Source: Clostridiaceae bacterium
GTDB lineage: Bacteria > Bacillota > Clostridia > TANB77 > CAG-508
Length of the DNA stretch: 64,000 bases
Direction: 5' to 3'
Assembly: GCA_021771025.1 (NCBI GenBank)
Contig: JAETPW010000003.1
Coordinates: forward strand, 8,279 to 72,278
The notes below the pieces were generated by a model, which saw only the letters and a program-made list of their open reading frames with translations, made no database searches and was not told the DNA's origin. Below, in pieces: positions 62,672-64,000 of the stretch (the stretch's first letter is position 1; each line of letters opens with the position of its first letter). A program made the position numbers and the translations under genes.

Positions 62672-62862
62672 AACGAAAAAATTTTCCTTTTAGGGACAGG
62701 TCTATTAAGAAAGATAGAAAAGACCAAGAAATGGGAACCATTGATTTAAACGGAAAAACTCCATTAAGAAAAAATAAAAATAGATAATAGCAAACGGTAA
62801 GACGTGTCCCAAAAACGAAAAAAACTTCGTTTTGAGAACCGTCCCCAAAACGAAAAAAGGAG
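62657..62862. repeat. Intergenic repeat cluster: inverted GGGGACGGTTC/GAACCGTCCCC about 180 bp apart, plus three copies of AAAACGAAAAAA
   Basis: 62657-62667 is the reverse complement of 62838-62848; direct repeats GTCCC(C)AAAA(A)CGAAAAAA at 62805 and 62842; hairpin AAAACGAA..TTCGTTTT. Confidence 0.6.
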
Positions 62863-62868
62863 ATTAGC

Positions 62869-64000
62869 ATGGAAAATGGAAAAGAAAAACTAACGAAAAA
62901 CCAAATCATCACACTAGTTGTTATTCTCCTTTTACTAATAGGAGCATTAGCACGTTTCTTAGGGTTAGGGTCATATCCTAATGCTCTAAATGTGGATGAA
63001 GCGTCTAGTGGATATGAGGCTTTTTCTCTTCTTCGTTTTGGTATGGATCGTAATGGCAATTCTTTTCCTGTTTTTTTACAAGCTTGGGGAAGTGGGCAAA
63101 ATGCACTTTATACCTATTTATTAATTCCTTTTATTGCTTTTTTGGGGCTTAGTGAACTTACCATTCGATTACCTATGGCAATAGTAGGGTGCATCAGTTT
63201 ATGGATGTTTTACCAATTATTGAAAAGAATAGGAAACCAGAAAATAGCGATCATTGGCTTGTTTTTTTTCAGTATTTGTCCTTGGCATATCATGAAAAGT
63301 AGATGGGGGCTAGAGTCCAATCTGTTTCCTGACTTGATTTTATGGGGAGTTTATTTTCTAGTCAAAGGAATTACAGAAAATAAAAAAGGTTTTTTCTATG
63401 GTAGTTTTGTTCTCATGGGATTGTCAGCTTATAGTTATGGAACTTCGTATTTTTTCTTACCATTGTTTGTGATTCCTACTTTAATGATACTTGTTAAACA
63501 AAAGAAGATAAAGCTAAAAGACTTTTGGCTAGCACTAGGAACAATCAGTTTAGTCACTTTACCGATGATTTTATTTGTGATTATTAATACATTTCACCTA
63601 CCACAAATAGAAATATTGGGAATTACCATTCCTAAACTAGAAGTCAACCGTTTTCAAGAGATAACTTCTGTGTTTTCAACTGATTTCTTAACACAAAGCC
63701 TACACAATTTTACCGAAAGCATGAAAGTACTCATTGCCCAAAATGACCATTTACCATGGAATGCGATAAAGCCGTATGGAACAATTTATCTATTTTCTAG
63801 TGTTTTTACCATCATTGGATTAGTAACCAGCTTACGAAGAAAAAATAAAAGACCCTATGAATATTTAATCCATTTATGGTTTATCATAGGAATATTACTT
63901 ACCTTTATTTGTGAACCCAATATTAACCGCTTAAATATAATTATGATCCCTATTATTTATTATACCGTACGAGGCATAGAAGAAGCGATTCCTAACAAAA
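62869..64000 (+). CDS. GT-C fold membrane glycosyltransferase (family 39/83-like), 5' part only; it runs off the window
   Basis: MENGKEKLTKNQIITLVVILLLLIG..., NALNVDEASSGYEAFSLL loop motif (DE..Y type), many TM helices. The frame is open to the end of the window. Confidence 0.6.
   Translation, partial: MENGKEKLTKNQIITLVVILLLLIGALARFLGLGSYPNALNVDEASSGYEAFSLLRFGMDRNGNSFPVFLQAWGSGQNALYTYLLIPFIAFLGLSELTIRLPMAIVGCISLWMFYQLLKRIGNQKIAIIGLFFFSICPWHIMKSRWGLESNLFPDLILWGVYFLVKGITENKKGFFYGSFVLMGLSAYSYGTSYFFLPLFVIPTLMILVKQKKIKLKDFWLALGTISLVTLPMILFVIINTFHLPQIEILGITIPKLEVNRFQEITSVFSTDFLTQSLHNFTESMKVLIAQNDHLPWNAIKPYGTIYLFSSVFTIIGLVTSLRRKNKRPYEYLIHLWFIIGILLTFICEPNINRLNIIMIPIIYYTVRGIEEAIPNK

Overview
AT-rich (roughly 30% GC) low-GC Gram-positive (Firmicutes-type) chromosomal segment read with the standard genetic code. 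SpoVT, ComFC, an LtaS-like enzyme and T-box/CIRCE regulation point to a spore-forming Clostridia/Erysipelotrichia-like organism. The backbone is the S10-spc-alpha ribosomal protein supercluster (rpsJ to rplQ, with secY-adk-map-infA-rpmJ, no rpmD, and rpsD inside the alpha operon), preceded by tRNA-Met, ldh and a LemA/DUF3137 pair. Downstream lie an accessory block (NUDIX, ParE/RelB-like toxin-antitoxin pair, frameshifted recD2, comFC), T-box-regulated tyrS, a solitary KAP NTPase, spoVT, RNase J with an odd N-terminal extension, gltX, serS, a second accessory block (HipA-like kinase, frameshifted pilin-like gene, XRE regulator), the hrcA-grpE-[CYTH]-dnaK-dnaJ operon, an orphan CRISPR-like array, and a cell-envelope glycosylation cluster (Alg14/Alg13-like, LtaS-like, three GT-C membrane proteins) with ruvB. 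The most striking unexplained structure is several families of dispersed inverted-repeat elements: a GGGGACGCCC-core hairpin family that brackets adk and sits between dnaK/dnaJ and after ruvB; a GGGAC/GTACATTTTG family at gene 3' ends; and two homologous about 100-nt cores inside long inverted repeats near serS and hrcA. There are also unusual insertions inside normally compact ribosomal operons: a 56-codon ORF between rplW and rplB, a tandem 50-bp repeat between rplN and rplX, a 184-nt structured spacer between rplR and rpsE, and a 50-aa insertion in L17. All annotation is by eye from the translations and sequence; no database searches were run.
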